From positions 29,010-93,009 of the forward strand of contig JAUCBJ010007551.1 in the NCBI GenBank assembly GCA_032718475.1: DNA of 64,000 nucleotides. The letters run 5' to 3'. The notes under the pieces are model-generated. The model did no database searches. It saw only the letters and a program-made list of their open reading frames with translations, and was not told the DNA's origin. The translations under genes were made by a program, and so were the position numbers. Source of the stretch: Nemertoderma westbladi (taxonomy: Eukaryota > Animalia > Xenacoelomorpha). Of this stretch, positions 12,876 to 25,730 are shown in pieces (position 1 is the stretch's first letter; each line of letters begins with the position of its first letter).

Positions 12876-14431
12876 TATCGGATATCGGTCGCTATATAGG
12901 TCGGTACGGTCGGTACATGTTGGTATATGGGTTGGTATATCGGTCGGTGTATCGGTCGGTACATGTTGGTATATTGGTTGGTATATCGGTCGGTGTATCG
13001 GTCGGTATATCGGTCGAAATATCGGTTGTTATATCGGTCAGTATAGCGGTTGGTATATCGGTTGCTATATCGGTTGGTATAACGGTCGGTATATCGGTCG
13101 CTATATCGGTCGGTATATCGGTTGGTATATTGGTCGGTATATCGGTCGGTATATCGGTCGTTATATCGGTCGGTATATCGGTTGGTATATCGGTCAGTAT
13201 AGCGGTTGGTATATCGGTTGCTATATCGGTTGGTATAACGGTCGGTATATCGGTCGGTATATCGGTCGAAATATCGGTTGTTATATCGGTCAGTATAGCG
13301 GTTGGTATATCGGTTGCTATATCGGTTGGTATAACGGTCGGTATATCGGTCGTTATATCGGTCGGTATATCGGTCGAAATATCGGTTGTTATATCGGTCA
13401 GTATAGCGGTTGGTATATCGGTCGGTATATCGGTCGTTATATCGGTCGGTATATCGGTTGGTATATCGGTCAGTATAGCGGTTGGTATATCGGTTGCTAT
13501 ATCGGTTGGTATAACGGTCGGTATATCGGTCGAAATATCGGTTGTTATATCGGTCAGTATAGCGGTTGGTATATCGGTTGGTATATCGGTTGGTATAACG
13601 GTCGGTATATCGGTCGCTATATCGGTCGGTATATCGGTTGGTATATCGGTCGGTATATCGGTCGTTATATCGGTCGGTATATCGGTTGGTATATCGGTCA
13701 GTATAGCGGTTGGTATATCGGTTGCTATATCGGTTGGTATAACGGTCGGTATATCGGTCGGTATATCGGTCGAAATATCGGTTGTTATATCGGTCAGTAT
13801 AGCGGTTGGTATATCGGTTGGTATAGCGGTCGGTATATCGGTCGTTATATCGGTCGGTATATCGGTTGGTATATCGGTCGGTATATCGGTCGGTATATCA
13901 GTCGAAATATCGGTTGTTATATCGGTCAGTATAGCGGTTGGTATATCGGTCGGTATATCGGTTGGTATATCGGTCGGTATATTGGTCGTTATATCGGTCG
14001 GTATATCGGTTGGTATATCGGTCGGCATATCGGTCGGTATATCAGTCGGAATATTGGTTGGTTTATCGGTCGGTATATTGGTTAGTATCGGTATATCGGT
14101 AGGTATATCGGTCGGCATCGGTTGGTATATGGGTCGGTATATCGGTCGGTATCGGTTGGTATATCGGATGGTATATCAGCCGGTATATCGACCGGAATAT
14201 CGGTCGGTATATCGGTAGGTATATCGGTTGGTATATCGGTCGGTATATCGGTCAGTTTATCGGTCCGTATATCGGTTGGTATATCGGTTTGTATATCGGT
14301 CGGTATCGCTCGGTATATCGGTTGGTTTATCGGTCGGTATATCGGTCGGTTATTGGTCGGTATATCGGTCGGTATATCGGTTATTATATCGGTCGTAATA
14401 TCGTATATCGATCGGTATATCGGTCGGTATA
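12876..14431. repeat. 12-bp minisatellite (GGTATATCGGTY)n with higher-order blocks
   Basis: About 130 units; variant blocks (cgaaatatcggttgttatatcggtcagtatagcgg) recur; degenerate at both edges. Confidence 0.96.
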
Positions 14432-14489
14432 TCCTAAAAGCTGTACTAACTGTTACTAATAAGAAACTACTAAATCGTTACCTTCGGTG

Positions 14490-14590
14490 CTATGCGAAAA
14501 CTATGGAGAATGCTATGGAGAATCGGGAAGCCTGGAAGGATCTCATTTCCACTGTCCGAGCTCGGTCGACCTAGGAATAATACCACCAAA
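14490..14590 (+). mobile_element. Extreme 3' end of an RTE/RTEX-type non-LTR retrotransposon (5'-truncated)
   Basis: Translates to TMENAMENREAWKDLISTVRARST*, matching the '(A)M.DR..W+..V...R.RST*' C-terminus recalled for RTE-group LINEs, followed by a short trinucleotide-like tail (aataataccacca). Confidence 0.55.
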
Positions 14591-14863
14591 TAAATGAATT
14601 AGCTGTATAGCTTCGGTTCAACACTCTAGATGACATGGCTATTGTTCACTTTGGCCTGTTGTAACCTTGTTTCAATTTTTGTACTCTTTGACTCGGAATC
14701 ACGCCGTTCCACATTTTATCCATTTCTGATATAGGCTTATTTTATACACCATTATATAAAAGATAACTTCTTCTAATAAAGTAGATAGTTTCCATAGTAG
14801 AACAGTTTCTAAAGCAACCATAATAAACATGTTTATCGTCCCATCACATTTCTGTGTCTTGTA

Positions 14864-17452
14864 TAGGTACTAATTGGTAGGTACTAATTGGTAGGATAAT
14901 TGGTAGGTACTAATTGGTAGGATAATTGGTAGGTACTAATTGGTAGGTACTAATTGGTAGGTACTAATTGGTAGGTACTAATTGGTAGGTACTAATTGGT
15001 AGGATAATTGGTAGGTACTAATTGGTAGGATAATTGGTAGGTACTAATTGGTAGGATAATTGGTAGGTACTAATTGGTAGGTACTAATTGGTAGGTACTA
15101 ATTGGTAGGATAATTGGTAGGTACTAATTGGTAGGATAATTGGTAGGTACTAATTGGTAGGTACTAATTGGTAGGTACTAATTGGTAGGATAATTGGTAG
15201 GTACTAATTGGTAGGATAATTGGTAGGTACTAATTGGTAGGTACTAATTGGTAGGTACTAATTGGTAGGTACTAATTGGTAGGTACTAATTGGTAGGTAC
15301 TAATTGGTAGGTACTAATTGGTAGGATAATTGGTAGGTACTAATTGGTAGGATAATTGGTAGGTACTAATTGGTAGGATAATTGGTAGGTACTAATTGGT
15401 AGGTACTAATTGGTAGGTACTAATTGGTAGGTACTAATTGGTAGGTACTAATTGGTAGGATAATTGGTAGGTACTAATTGGTAGGATAATTGGTAGGTAC
15501 TAATTGGTAGGATAATTGGTAGGTACTAATTGGTAGGATAATTGGTAGGTACTAATTGGTAGGATAATTGGTAGGTACTAATTGGTAGGATAATTGGTAG
15601 GTACTAATTGGTAGGATAATTGGTAGGTACTAATTGGTAGGATAATTGGTAGGTACTAATTGGTAGGTACTAATTGGTAGGATAATTGGTAGGTACTAAT
15701 TGGTAGGATAATTGGTAGGTACTAATTGGTAGGATAATTGGTAGGTACTAATTGGTAGGTACTAATTGGTAGGTACTAATTGGTAGGTACTAATTGGTAG
15801 GATAATTGGTAGGTACTAATTGGTAGGATAATTGGTAGGTACTAATTGGTAGGATAATTGGTAGGTACTAATTGGTAGGATAATTGGTAGGTACTAATTG
15901 GTAGGATAATTGGTAGGTACTAATTGGTAGGATAATTGGTAGGTACTAATTGGTAGGATAATTGGTAGGTACTAATTGGTAGGATAATTGGTAGGTACTA
16001 ATTGGTAGGATAATTGGTAGGTACTAATTGGTAGGATAATTGGTAGGTACTAATTGGTAGGATAATTGGTAGGTACTAATTGGTAGGATAATTGGTAGGT
16101 ACTAATTGGTAGGATAATTGGTAGGTACTAATTGGTAGGTACTAATTGGTAGGATAATTGGTAGGTACTAATTGGTAGGATAATTGGTAGGTACTAATTG
16201 GTAGGATAATTGGTAGGTACTAATTGGTAGGATAATTGGTAGGTACTAATTGGTAGGTACTAATTGGTAGGATAATTGGTAGGTACTAATTGGTAGGATA
16301 ATTGGTAGGTACTAATTGGTAGGATAATTGGTAGGTACTAATTGGTAGGATAATTGGTAGGTACTAATTGGTAGGATAATTGGTAGGTACTAATTGGTAG
16401 GATAATTGGTAGGTACTAATTGGTAGGATAATTGGTAGGTACTAATTGGTAGGATAATTGGTAGGTACTAATTGGTAGGATAATTGGTAGGTACTAATTG
16501 GTAGGATAATTGGTAGGTACTAATTGGTAGGATAATTGGTAGGTACTAATTGGTAGGTACTAATTGGTAGGATAATTGGTAGGTACTAATTGGTAGGATA
16601 ATTGGTAGGTACTAATTGGTAGGATAATTGGTAGGTACTAATTGGTAGGATAATTGGTAGGTACTAATTGGTAGGATAATTGGTAGGTACTAATTGGTAG
16701 GATAATTGGTAGGTACTAATTGGTAGGATAATTGGTAGGTACTAATTGGTAGGTACTAATTGGTAGGATAATTGGTAGGTACTAATTGGTAGGATAATTG
16801 GTAGGTACTAATTGGTAGGATAATTGGTAGGTACTAATTGGTAGGATAATTGGTAGGTACTAATTGGTAGGATAATTGGTAGGTACTAATTGGTAGGATA
16901 ATTGGTAGGTACTAATTAGTAGGATAATTGGTAGGTACTAATTGGTAGGATAATTGGTAGGTACTAATTGGTGGTACTAATTGGTAGGATAATTGGTAGG
17001 TACTAATTGGTAGGATAATTGGTAGGTACTAATTGGTAGGATAATTGGTAGGTACTAATTGGTAGGTACTAATTGGTAGGATAATTGGTAGGTACTAATT
17101 GGTAGGATAATTGGTAGGTACTAATTGGTAGGTACTAATTGGTAGGATAATTGGTAGGTACTAATTGGTAGGATAATTGGTAGGTACTAATTGGTAGGAT
17201 AATTGGTAGGTACTAATTGGTAGGATAATTGGTAGGTACTAATTGGTAGGTACTAATTGGTAGGTACTAATTGGTAGGATAATTGGTAGGTACTAATTGG
17301 TAGGATAATTGGTAGGTACTAATTGGTAGGATAATTGGTAGGTACTAATTGGTAGGATAATTGGTAGGTACTAATTGGTAGGATAATTGGTAGGTACTAA
17401 TTGGTAGGATAATTGGTAGGTACTAATTGGTAGGATAATTGGTAGGTACTAA
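14864..17452. repeat. 14/12-bp satellite (GGTACTAATTGGTA / GGATAATTGGTA)n, mostly alternating as a 26-bp higher-order unit
   Basis: About 200 units, lying inside the first of two direct repeats that start at 14777 and 17461. Confidence 0.97.
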
Positions 17453-17680
17453 AGCAGATATAAAGTAGATAGTTTCCATAGTAGAACAGTTTCTAAAGCA
17501 ACCATAATAAACATGTTTATCTTCCCATCACATTTCTGTGTTTTGTATAGGTACTAATTGGTAGGATAATTGGTACTAAAAGGATAGATTTTAGTACTAC
17601 TAAAGGAATAACAAACAATAAGGGTGATAATTAAATACCAAGGCGATATTTAAATAACCGGTTTGGTCGGGTCAAATAAA

Positions 17681-18331
17681 ATGAGTTTGCGGTTTTTATT
17701 TGGAAATATGAAGAAAGACAAGACAGCTTTTCATCAAAAGGCCTTAGAAAAATTGAAAACAACAGAGGAAATGTTGAAAAAGAAACGAGCCTTTATCGAA
17801 ACAAAAATTGAGAAAGAATTGCTAATAGCTAAAAATGAGGGGACCAAAAGTAATAAAGCTGCTTTAAAAGCGTTGCAACGAAAAAAGCGTTTAGAAAAGG
17901 AAATAGATAAGATTTATAGCTCATTGGGTGCTATTGAGTTACAAAAAGAGACAATAGGGAATATATTAACGAATGCAGAGGTTTTTAAGCATATGGATTA
18001 CGCCGCAAAGGCCATGAAAACCACTCATCAACATCTCGATGTTACTAAGGTCGACTCAGTGTTTGATCACATTCAGGAGCAGCAAGACGTTGCTGAAGAG
18101 ATCTCTAAAGCCGTTACTCAGCCCCTTGGAGAGCAGGTTAGCGAGGCTGATCTTATAGCGGAATTAGATCACTTGGAGAAAGGCGGTGAGCTTTCCAGGA
18201 TAAAACAGACCCTCGTTCCAACAACCGGAACTTCTACAGAACTACCCCCAGTTCCAACAACTGATCCAAATAAATCCAAAGGCACTTGTAATGACGACAG
18301 GCTGGTAAAGTTGCAAGCGCTCCACTCTTAG
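17681..18331 (+). CDS. CHMP4: Charged multivesicular body protein 4 / Snf7 family (ESCRT-III), intronless and divergent, 216 aa
   Basis: ATG in aaaaATG context. N-terminal MSLRFLFG; Snf7 core ALEKLKTTEEMLKKKRAFIETKIEKEL, NKAALKALQRKKRLEKEI, TNAEVFKHMDYAAKAMK, VDSVFDHIQEQQDVAEEISKAV, EADLIAELDHLE; MIM2-like ELPPVPT. Confidence 0.92.
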   Translation: MSLRFLFGNMKKDKTAFHQKALEKLKTTEEMLKKKRAFIETKIEKELLIAKNEGTKSNKAALKALQRKKRLEKEIDKIYSSLGAIELQKETIGNILTNAEVFKHMDYAAKAMKTTHQHLDVTKVDSVFDHIQEQQDVAEEISKAVTQPLGEQVSEADLIAELDHLEKGGELSRIKQTLVPTTGTSTELPPVPTTDPNKSKGTCNDDRLVKLQALHS

Positions 18332-18339
18332 GAACGAGA

Positions 18340-21300
18340 AACCTACACCTACATAGCTCAACCAACAGGGGTCCGTCTTAGGAACCTACATAGCTCAACC
18401 GATAGGGCTCCATCTTAGGAACCTACATAGCTCAACCGACAAGGGTCCATCTTAGGAACCTACATAGCTCAACCGACAGGGGTCCATCTTAGGAACCTGC
18501 ATAGCTCAACCGACAGGGGTCCATCTTAGGAACCTGCATAGCTCAACCAACAGGGGACATCTTAGGAACCTACATAGCTCAACCAACAGGAGTCCATCTT
18601 AGGAACCTACGTAGCTCAACCAACAGGGGCCCATCTTAGGAACCTACAGAGCTCAACCGACAGGGGTCCATCTTAGGAACCTACATAGCTCAACCGACAG
18701 GGGTCCATCTTAGGAACCTACATAGCTCAACCGACAGGGGTCCATCTTAGGAACCTACATAGCTCAACCGACAGGGGTCCATCTTAGGAACCTACATAGC
18801 TCAACCGATAAGGGTCCATCTTAGGAACCTACATAGCTCAACCAACAGGGGTCCATCTTAGAAACCTACATAGCTCAACCAACAGGGGACATCTTAGGAA
18901 CCTACATAGCTCAATCAACAGGGGCCCATCTTAGGAACCTACATAGCTCAACCGACAGGGGTCCATCTTAGGAACCTACAGAGCTCAACCGACAAGGGCC
19001 CATCTTAGGAACCTACATAGCTCAACCGACAGGGGCCATCTTAGAAACCTACATAGCTCAACCGACAGGGGTCCATCTTAGGAACCTACATAGCTCAACC
19101 GACAAGGGTCCATCTTAGGAACCTACATAGCTCAACCGACAGGGGTCCATCTTAGGAACCTGCATAGCTCAACCGACAGGGGTCCATCTTAGGAACCTAC
19201 ATAGCTCAACCAACAGGGGCATCTTATGAACCTACATAGCTCAACCAACAGGGGCCCATCTTAGGAACCTACATAGCTCAACCAACAGGGGCCATCTTAG
19301 GAACCTACCTACATAGCTCAACCGACAAGGGTCCATCTTATGAACCTACATAGCTCAACCAACAGGGGCCCATCTTAGAAACCTACATAGCTCAACCGAC
19401 AAGGGCCCATCTTAGGAACCTACATAGCTCAACCAACAGTGGTCCATCTTATGAACCTACATAGCTCAACCAACAGGGGCCCATCTTAGGAACCTACATA
19501 GCTCAACCGACAGGGGTCCATCTTAGGAACCTACAGAGCTCAACCGACAAGGGCCCATCTTAGAAACCTACATAGCTCAACCAACAGGGGCCCATCTTAG
19601 GAACCTACAAAGCTCAACCGACAGGGGCCCATCTTAGGAACCTACATAGCTCAACCGACAGGGGTCCATCTTAGGAACCTACATAGCTCAACCGACAAGG
19701 GCCCATCTTAGAAACCTACATAGCTCAACCAACAGGGGCTCATCTTAGGAACCTACATAGCTCAACCGACAGGGGTCCATCTTAGGAACCTACAGAGCTC
19801 AACCGACAGGGGTCCATCTTAGGAACCTACATAGCTCAACCGAGAGGGGTCCATCTTAGAAACCTACATAGCTCAACCAACAGGAGTCCATCTTAGGAAC
19901 CTACGTAGCTCAACCAACAGGGGCCCATTTTAGGAACCTACATAGCTCAACCGAGAGGGGTCCATCTTAGAAACCTACATAGCTCAACCAACAGGAGTCC
20001 ATCTTAGGAACCTACATAGCTCAACCGACAGGGGTCCATCTTAGGAACCTACATAGCTCAACCGACAAGGGCCCATCTTAGAAACCTACATAGCTCAACC
20101 AACAGGGGCCCATCTTAGGAACCTACGTAGCTCAACCAACAGGGGTCCATCTTAGGAACCTACATAGCTCAACCGACAGGGGTCCATCTTAGGAACCTAC
20201 ATAGCTCAACCAACAGGAGTCCATCTTAGGAACCTACGTAGCTCAACCAACAGGGGCCCATCTTAGGAACCTACATAGCTCAACCGAGAGGGGTCCATCT
20301 TAGAAACCTACATAGCTCAACCAACAGGGGCCCATCTTATGAACCTACATAGCTCAACCAACAGGGGTCCATCTTATGAACCTACGTAGCTCAACCAACA
20401 GGGGCCCATCTTAGGAACCTACATAGCTCAACCGAGAGGGGTCCATCTTAGAAACCTACATAGCTCAACCAACAGGAGTCCATCTTAGGAACCTACATAG
20501 CTCAACCGACAGGGGTCCATCTTAGGAACCTACATAGCTCAACCGACAGGGGCCCATCTTAGGAACCTACATAGCTCAACCGACAAGGGTCCATCTTAGG
20601 AACCTACATAGCTCAACCAACAGGGGCCCATCTTAGGAACCTACATAGCTCAACCGACAGGGGTCCATCTTAGGAACCTACATAGCTCAACCGACAAGGG
20701 CCCATCTTAGAAACCTACATAGCTCAACCAACAGGGGCCCATCTTAGGAACCTACATAGCTCAACCAACAGGGGCCCATCTTATGAACCTACATAGCTCA
20801 ACCAACAGGGGCCCATCTTATGAACCTACATAGCTCAACCAACAGGGGCCCATCTTATGAACCTACATAGCTCAACCAACCATCTTAGGAACCTACATAG
20901 CTCAACCGACAAGGGCCCATCTTAGAAACCTACATAGCTCAACCAACAGGGGCCCATCTTAGGAACCTACATAGCTCAACCAACAGGGGCCCATCTTATG
21001 AACCTACATAGCTCAACCAACAGGGGCCCATCTTATGAACCTACGTAGCTCAACCAACAGGGGCCCATCTTAGGAACCTACATAGCTCAACCGAGAGGGG
21101 TCCATCTTAGAAACCTACATAGCTCAACCAACAGGAGTCCATCTTAGGAACCTACATAGCTCAACCGACAGGGGTCCATCTTAGGAACCTACGTAGCTCA
21201 ACCAACAGGGGCCCATCTTATGAACCTACATAGCTCAACCAACAGGAGTCCATCTTAGAAACCTACATAGCTCAACCAACAGGGGCCCATCTTAGGAACC

Positions 21301-22092
21301 TACATAGCTCAACCAACAGGGGCCCATCTTAGGAACCTACATAGCTCAACCAACAGGGGTCCATCTTAGAAACCTACATAGTTCAACCAACAGGGGCCCA
21401 TCTTAGGAACCTACATAGCTCAACCGACAGGGTCCATCTTAGAAACCTACATAGCTCAACCGACAGGGTCCATCTTAGAAACCTACATAGCTCAACCGAC
21501 AGGGGTCCATCTTAGAAACCTACATAGCTCAACCAACAGGGGACATCTTAGGAACCTACATAGCTCAACCAACAGGAGTCCATCTTAGGAACCTACATAG
21601 CTCAACCGACAAGGGTCCATCTTAGGAACCTACAGAGCTCAACCGACAGGGGTCCATCTTAGGAACCTACGTAGCTCAACCAACAGGGGCCCATCTTATG
21701 AACCTACATAGCTCAACCAACAGGAGTCCATCTTAGAAACCTACATAGCTCAACCAACAGGGGCCCATCTTAGGAACCTACATAGCTCAACCAACAGGGG
21801 CCCATCTTATGAACCTACATAGCTCAACCAACAGGAGTCCATCTTAGGAACCTACATAGCTCAACCGACAGGGGTCCATCTTAGGAACCTACATAGCTCA
21901 ACCAACAGGGGACCATCTTATGAACCTACATAGCTCAACCAACAGGAGTCCATCTTAGAAACCTACATAGTTCAACCAACAGGGGCCCATCTTAGGAACC
22001 TACATAGCTCAACCGACAGGGGTCCATCTTAGAAACCTACATAGCTCAAACGACAGGGGCCCATCTTAGAAACCTACATAGCTCAACCGACA
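18340..22092. repeat. 37-bp minisatellite (CATCTTAGGAACCTACATAGCTCAACCRACAGGGGYC)n, about 100 copies
   Basis: Tandem units with many point variants, starting right after the CHMP4 stop. Confidence 0.97.
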
Positions 22093-22212
22093 TGAATCTT
22101 CTGAAACTGGAATCCTACGAATATTCAGATACCTTGGTATTATAACTCACAAACTGCAGTTGCTAGGTTACTAGGTTACTAGGGTTACTGCAGTTTTAAC
22201 TTTCTTTTGCAT

Positions 22213-22673
22213 AAAAATACAAGCGGGTTTATATTTGGAGATTATATCGTTGTTGATATATAAAAGCATAAATAAATTATGTTTAATTAGGGGGGGGGGG
22301 GGGGGGGGGGTACCCCCTCCCAGGATAAAATTATCACATTTTTGGTTTTTATTTCACCCGATGCAGAATTTAATGGGGATTCCAAATCTTAAAACTGCTT
22401 GGCGATATCTTTTTTAGTTCTCGAGTTATCTCTGTCTTTCCGTCAACCAGTTTGTCCGTTAAAATTTAGAAGACAGACAGATAGACAAAGCGTCACACAG
22501 ACATATAGATACTATCAGACATTAAAACTGACGTCTGAAATGAGATCACCGTCTGTGAAAACCCCCATATTGATAATTTTTTAGTGAGGTGGTATGAAAC
22601 CATAGTGCCAAACATTACTAACTGATTAACAGACCCCAGAAAGACATGTTTGAGCGGGAAGGTTCAAACTTTT
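22213..22673 (+). mobile_element. Possible non-autonomous Helentron/DINE-1-like element
   Basis: Internal (GACA)n-like microsatellite at about 22470-22505 and a short terminal hairpin tttgagc-gggaag-gttcaaa followed by a T run; boundaries uncertain. Confidence 0.3.
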
Positions 22674-22988
22674 AAAGCAAGTTATCTCGGAATTACATTT
22701 ATAAATTTTTCAAAATACTACTCCTCCGCAATTTTTCACTCAAATTCGATAATTTTTGGCCCATTTGAAAGACCTTTGTAGATCTTGAAAAACTCTCCAG
22801 CACCTTAAAAAAAATATTTGTTCAAATATTATTGCGAATTTTATTAAATTTAATTAATTTCAATTAATGGTATTAATGGAAATAATATAATTTTTTTTAA
22901 CATATAAAATTAATATATTAGCACAACATAATATTACAGTACAAAATTTGTGTTATGTTGCATGGGATCGAAGTCGTTCTCTTAAACA

Positions 22989-25244
22989 CCGCCCACATCC
23001 CTGCGCCATTGTCCAGCCCTATCGGCCGCCACGACCTCCGCACACATCCCTGCGCCATCATCCTTCTCTATTGGCCGCCACGACCTCCGCACACATCCCT
23101 GCGCCTTCGTCCAGCCCTATTGGCCGCCACGACCTCCGCACACATCCCTGCGCCATAGTCCAGCCCTATTGGCCACCACGACTACCGCCCACATCCCTGC
23201 GCCTTCGTCCAGCCCTATTGGCCGCCACGACCTCCGCACACATCCCTGCGCCATAGTCCAGCCCTATTGGCCGCCACGACCTCCGCCCCTGCGCCATCGT
23301 CCAGCCCTATTGGCCACCACGACCTCCGCCCACATCCCTGCGCCATCATCCTTCTCTATTGGCCACCACGACCTCCGCACACATCCCTGCGCCATAGTCC
23401 AGCCCTATTGGCCGCTACGACCTCCACACACATCCCTGCGCCATCGTCCAGCCCTATTGGCCGCCACGACCTCCGCACACATCCCTGCGCCATAGTCCAC
23501 CCCTATTGGCCGCTACGACCTCCGCACACATCCCTGCACCATCATCCTTCTCTATTGGCCGCCACTACCTCCGCACACATCCCTGTGCCTTAGTCCAGCC
23601 CTATTGGCCGCCACGACCTCCGCACACATCCCTGCGCCTTCGTCCAGCCCTATTGGCCGCCACGACCTCCGCACACATCCCTGCGCCATAGTCCAGCCCT
23701 ATTGGCCACCACGACCTCCGCACACATCCCTGCGCCATCATCCTTCTCTATTGGCCGCCACGACCTCCGCACACATCCCTGCGCCTTCGTCCAGCCCTAT
23801 TGGCCGCTACGACCTCCGCACACATCCCTGCGCCTTCGTCCAGCCCTATTGGCCGCTACGACCTCCGCACACATCCCTGCGCCATAGTCCAGCCCTATTG
23901 GCCGCCACGACCTTCGCACACATCCCTGCGCCATCATCCTTCTCTATTGGCCGCCACGACCTCCGCACACATCCCTGCGCCATAGTCCAGCCCTATTGGC
24001 CGCTACGACCTCCGCACACATCCCTGCGCCATAGTCCAGCCCTATTGGCCGCCACGACCTTCGCACACATCCCTGCGCCATCATCCTTCTCTATTGGCCG
24101 CCACGACCTCCGCACACATCCCTGCGCCTTCGTCCAGCCCTATTGGCCGCTACGACCTCCGCACACATCCCTGCGCCATAGTCCAGCCCTATTGGCCGCC
24201 ACGACCTTCGCACACATCCCTGCGCCATCATCCTTCTCTATTGGCCGCCACGACCTCCGCACACATCCCTGTGCCTTAGTCCAGCCCTATTGGCCGCCAC
24301 GACCTCCGCACACATCCCTGTGCCTTAGTCCAGCCCTATTGGCCGCCACGACCTCCGCACACATCCCTGCGCCTTCGTCCAGCCCTATTGGCCGCCACGA
24401 CCTCCGCACACATCCCTGCGCCTTCGTCCAGCCCTATTGGCCGCCACGACCTCCGCACACATCCCTGTGCCTTAGTCCAGCCCTATTGGCCGCCACGACC
24501 TCCGCACACATCCCTGCGCCTTCGTCCAGCCCTATTGGCCGCCACGACCTCCGCACACATCCCTGCGCCTTCGTCCAGCCCTATTGGCCACCACGACCTC
24601 CGCACACATCCCTGCGCCATCATCCTTCTCTATTGGCCGCCACGACCTCCGCACACATCCCTGCGCCTTCGTCCAGCCCTATTGGCCGCCACGACCTCCG
24701 CACACATCCCTGCGCCATAGTCCAGCCCTATTGGCCACCACGACCTCCGCACACATCCCTGCGCCATCATCCTTCTCTATTGGCCGCCACGACCTCCGCA
24801 CACATCCCTGCGCCTTCGTCCAGCCCTATTGGCCGCCACGACCTCCGCACACATCCCTGCGCCATAGTCCAGCCCTATTGGCCGCCACGACCTCCGCACA
24901 CATCCCTGCGCCTTCGTCCAGCCCTATTGGCCGCCACGACCTCCGCACACATCCCTGCGCCTTCGTCCAGCCCTATTGTCCGCCACGACCTCCGCACACA
25001 TCCCTGCGCCATCATCCTTCTCTATTGGCCGCCACGACCTCAGCACACATCCCTGCGCCTTCGTCCAGCCCTATTGGCCGCCACGACCTCCGCACACATC
25101 CCTGCGCCATAGTCCAGCCCTATTGGCCGCCACGACCTCCGCACACATCCCTGCGCCATAGTCCAGCCCTATTGGCCGCCACGACCTCCGCACACATCCC
25201 TGCGCCATCGTCCAGCCCTATTGGCCGCCACCACCTCCGCCCAC
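22989..25244. repeat. 49-bp GC-rich minisatellite (GCACACATCCCTGCGCCTTCGTCCAGCCCTATTGGCCGCCACGACCTCC)n, about 46 copies
   Basis: Tandem units; the unit is the reverse complement of the RWWRPIGLDDGAGM coding stretch. Confidence 0.97.
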
Positions 25245-25730
25245 CCCTCAGACACAGACCCACTGCCCGAAACAAGGTGATGGGAAGACGAGCCCTCACC
25301 CACCCCAATACCGAACCAGTAGGCCTCTCTTCCACCCCTCCTTACAGGAGAGGTGTATCGCAAGTTGGTGCAGGAAGTGGGAGGCTTCCTTCCCCCAGTC
25401 TCCATCAGCAGTGACCACGAGCGGAGTGAAGGTGAGTCGAAGCTGCTCACTGATTTGGCAATCGTGGTGCTTCCTCGAACGCAATATGTTGTCCGTGGAG
25501 CGGTTGCAGTAGGATAGGAGGGAGCCTCCAGCGTTTACAACGCATATGTCAAACTTCGCCTCCCTCTGCGGCTCCCACACAGCACGGACAACTAGGTCAG
25601 TCCTGACCCCCGCATCTCCCAAGTACTGCTCCTCCCGCAACACTACCTCCCGCCTAACAGCGCTCTCCCCCCCATACCTTCGCACACAGCTCGCCTACCA
25701 CACCGAGACCACCCTTACGGCAATTGACGG
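25200..25730 (-). pseudogene. RLE endonuclease / C-terminal fragment of a CRE-type ORF (frameshifted)
   Basis: ORF-track pieces 25296-25685 and 25120-25335 join into one domain across a frameshift near 25330. Confidence 0.75.

Noticed and set aside
12892-14574. IPTD mucin-like and ISVG repeat proteins
   Set aside because: A 12-bp repeat open on both strands; no signal peptide or gene context.
22163-22190. Telomere-like repeat (ctaggtta/ctagggtta)
   Set aside because: Only three degenerate units.
22948-25414. Plus-strand Pro/His-rich ORFs up to 502 aa
   Set aside because: Frame-cycling translations of the 49-bp repeat; the true coding sense is the minus-strand CRE fragment.
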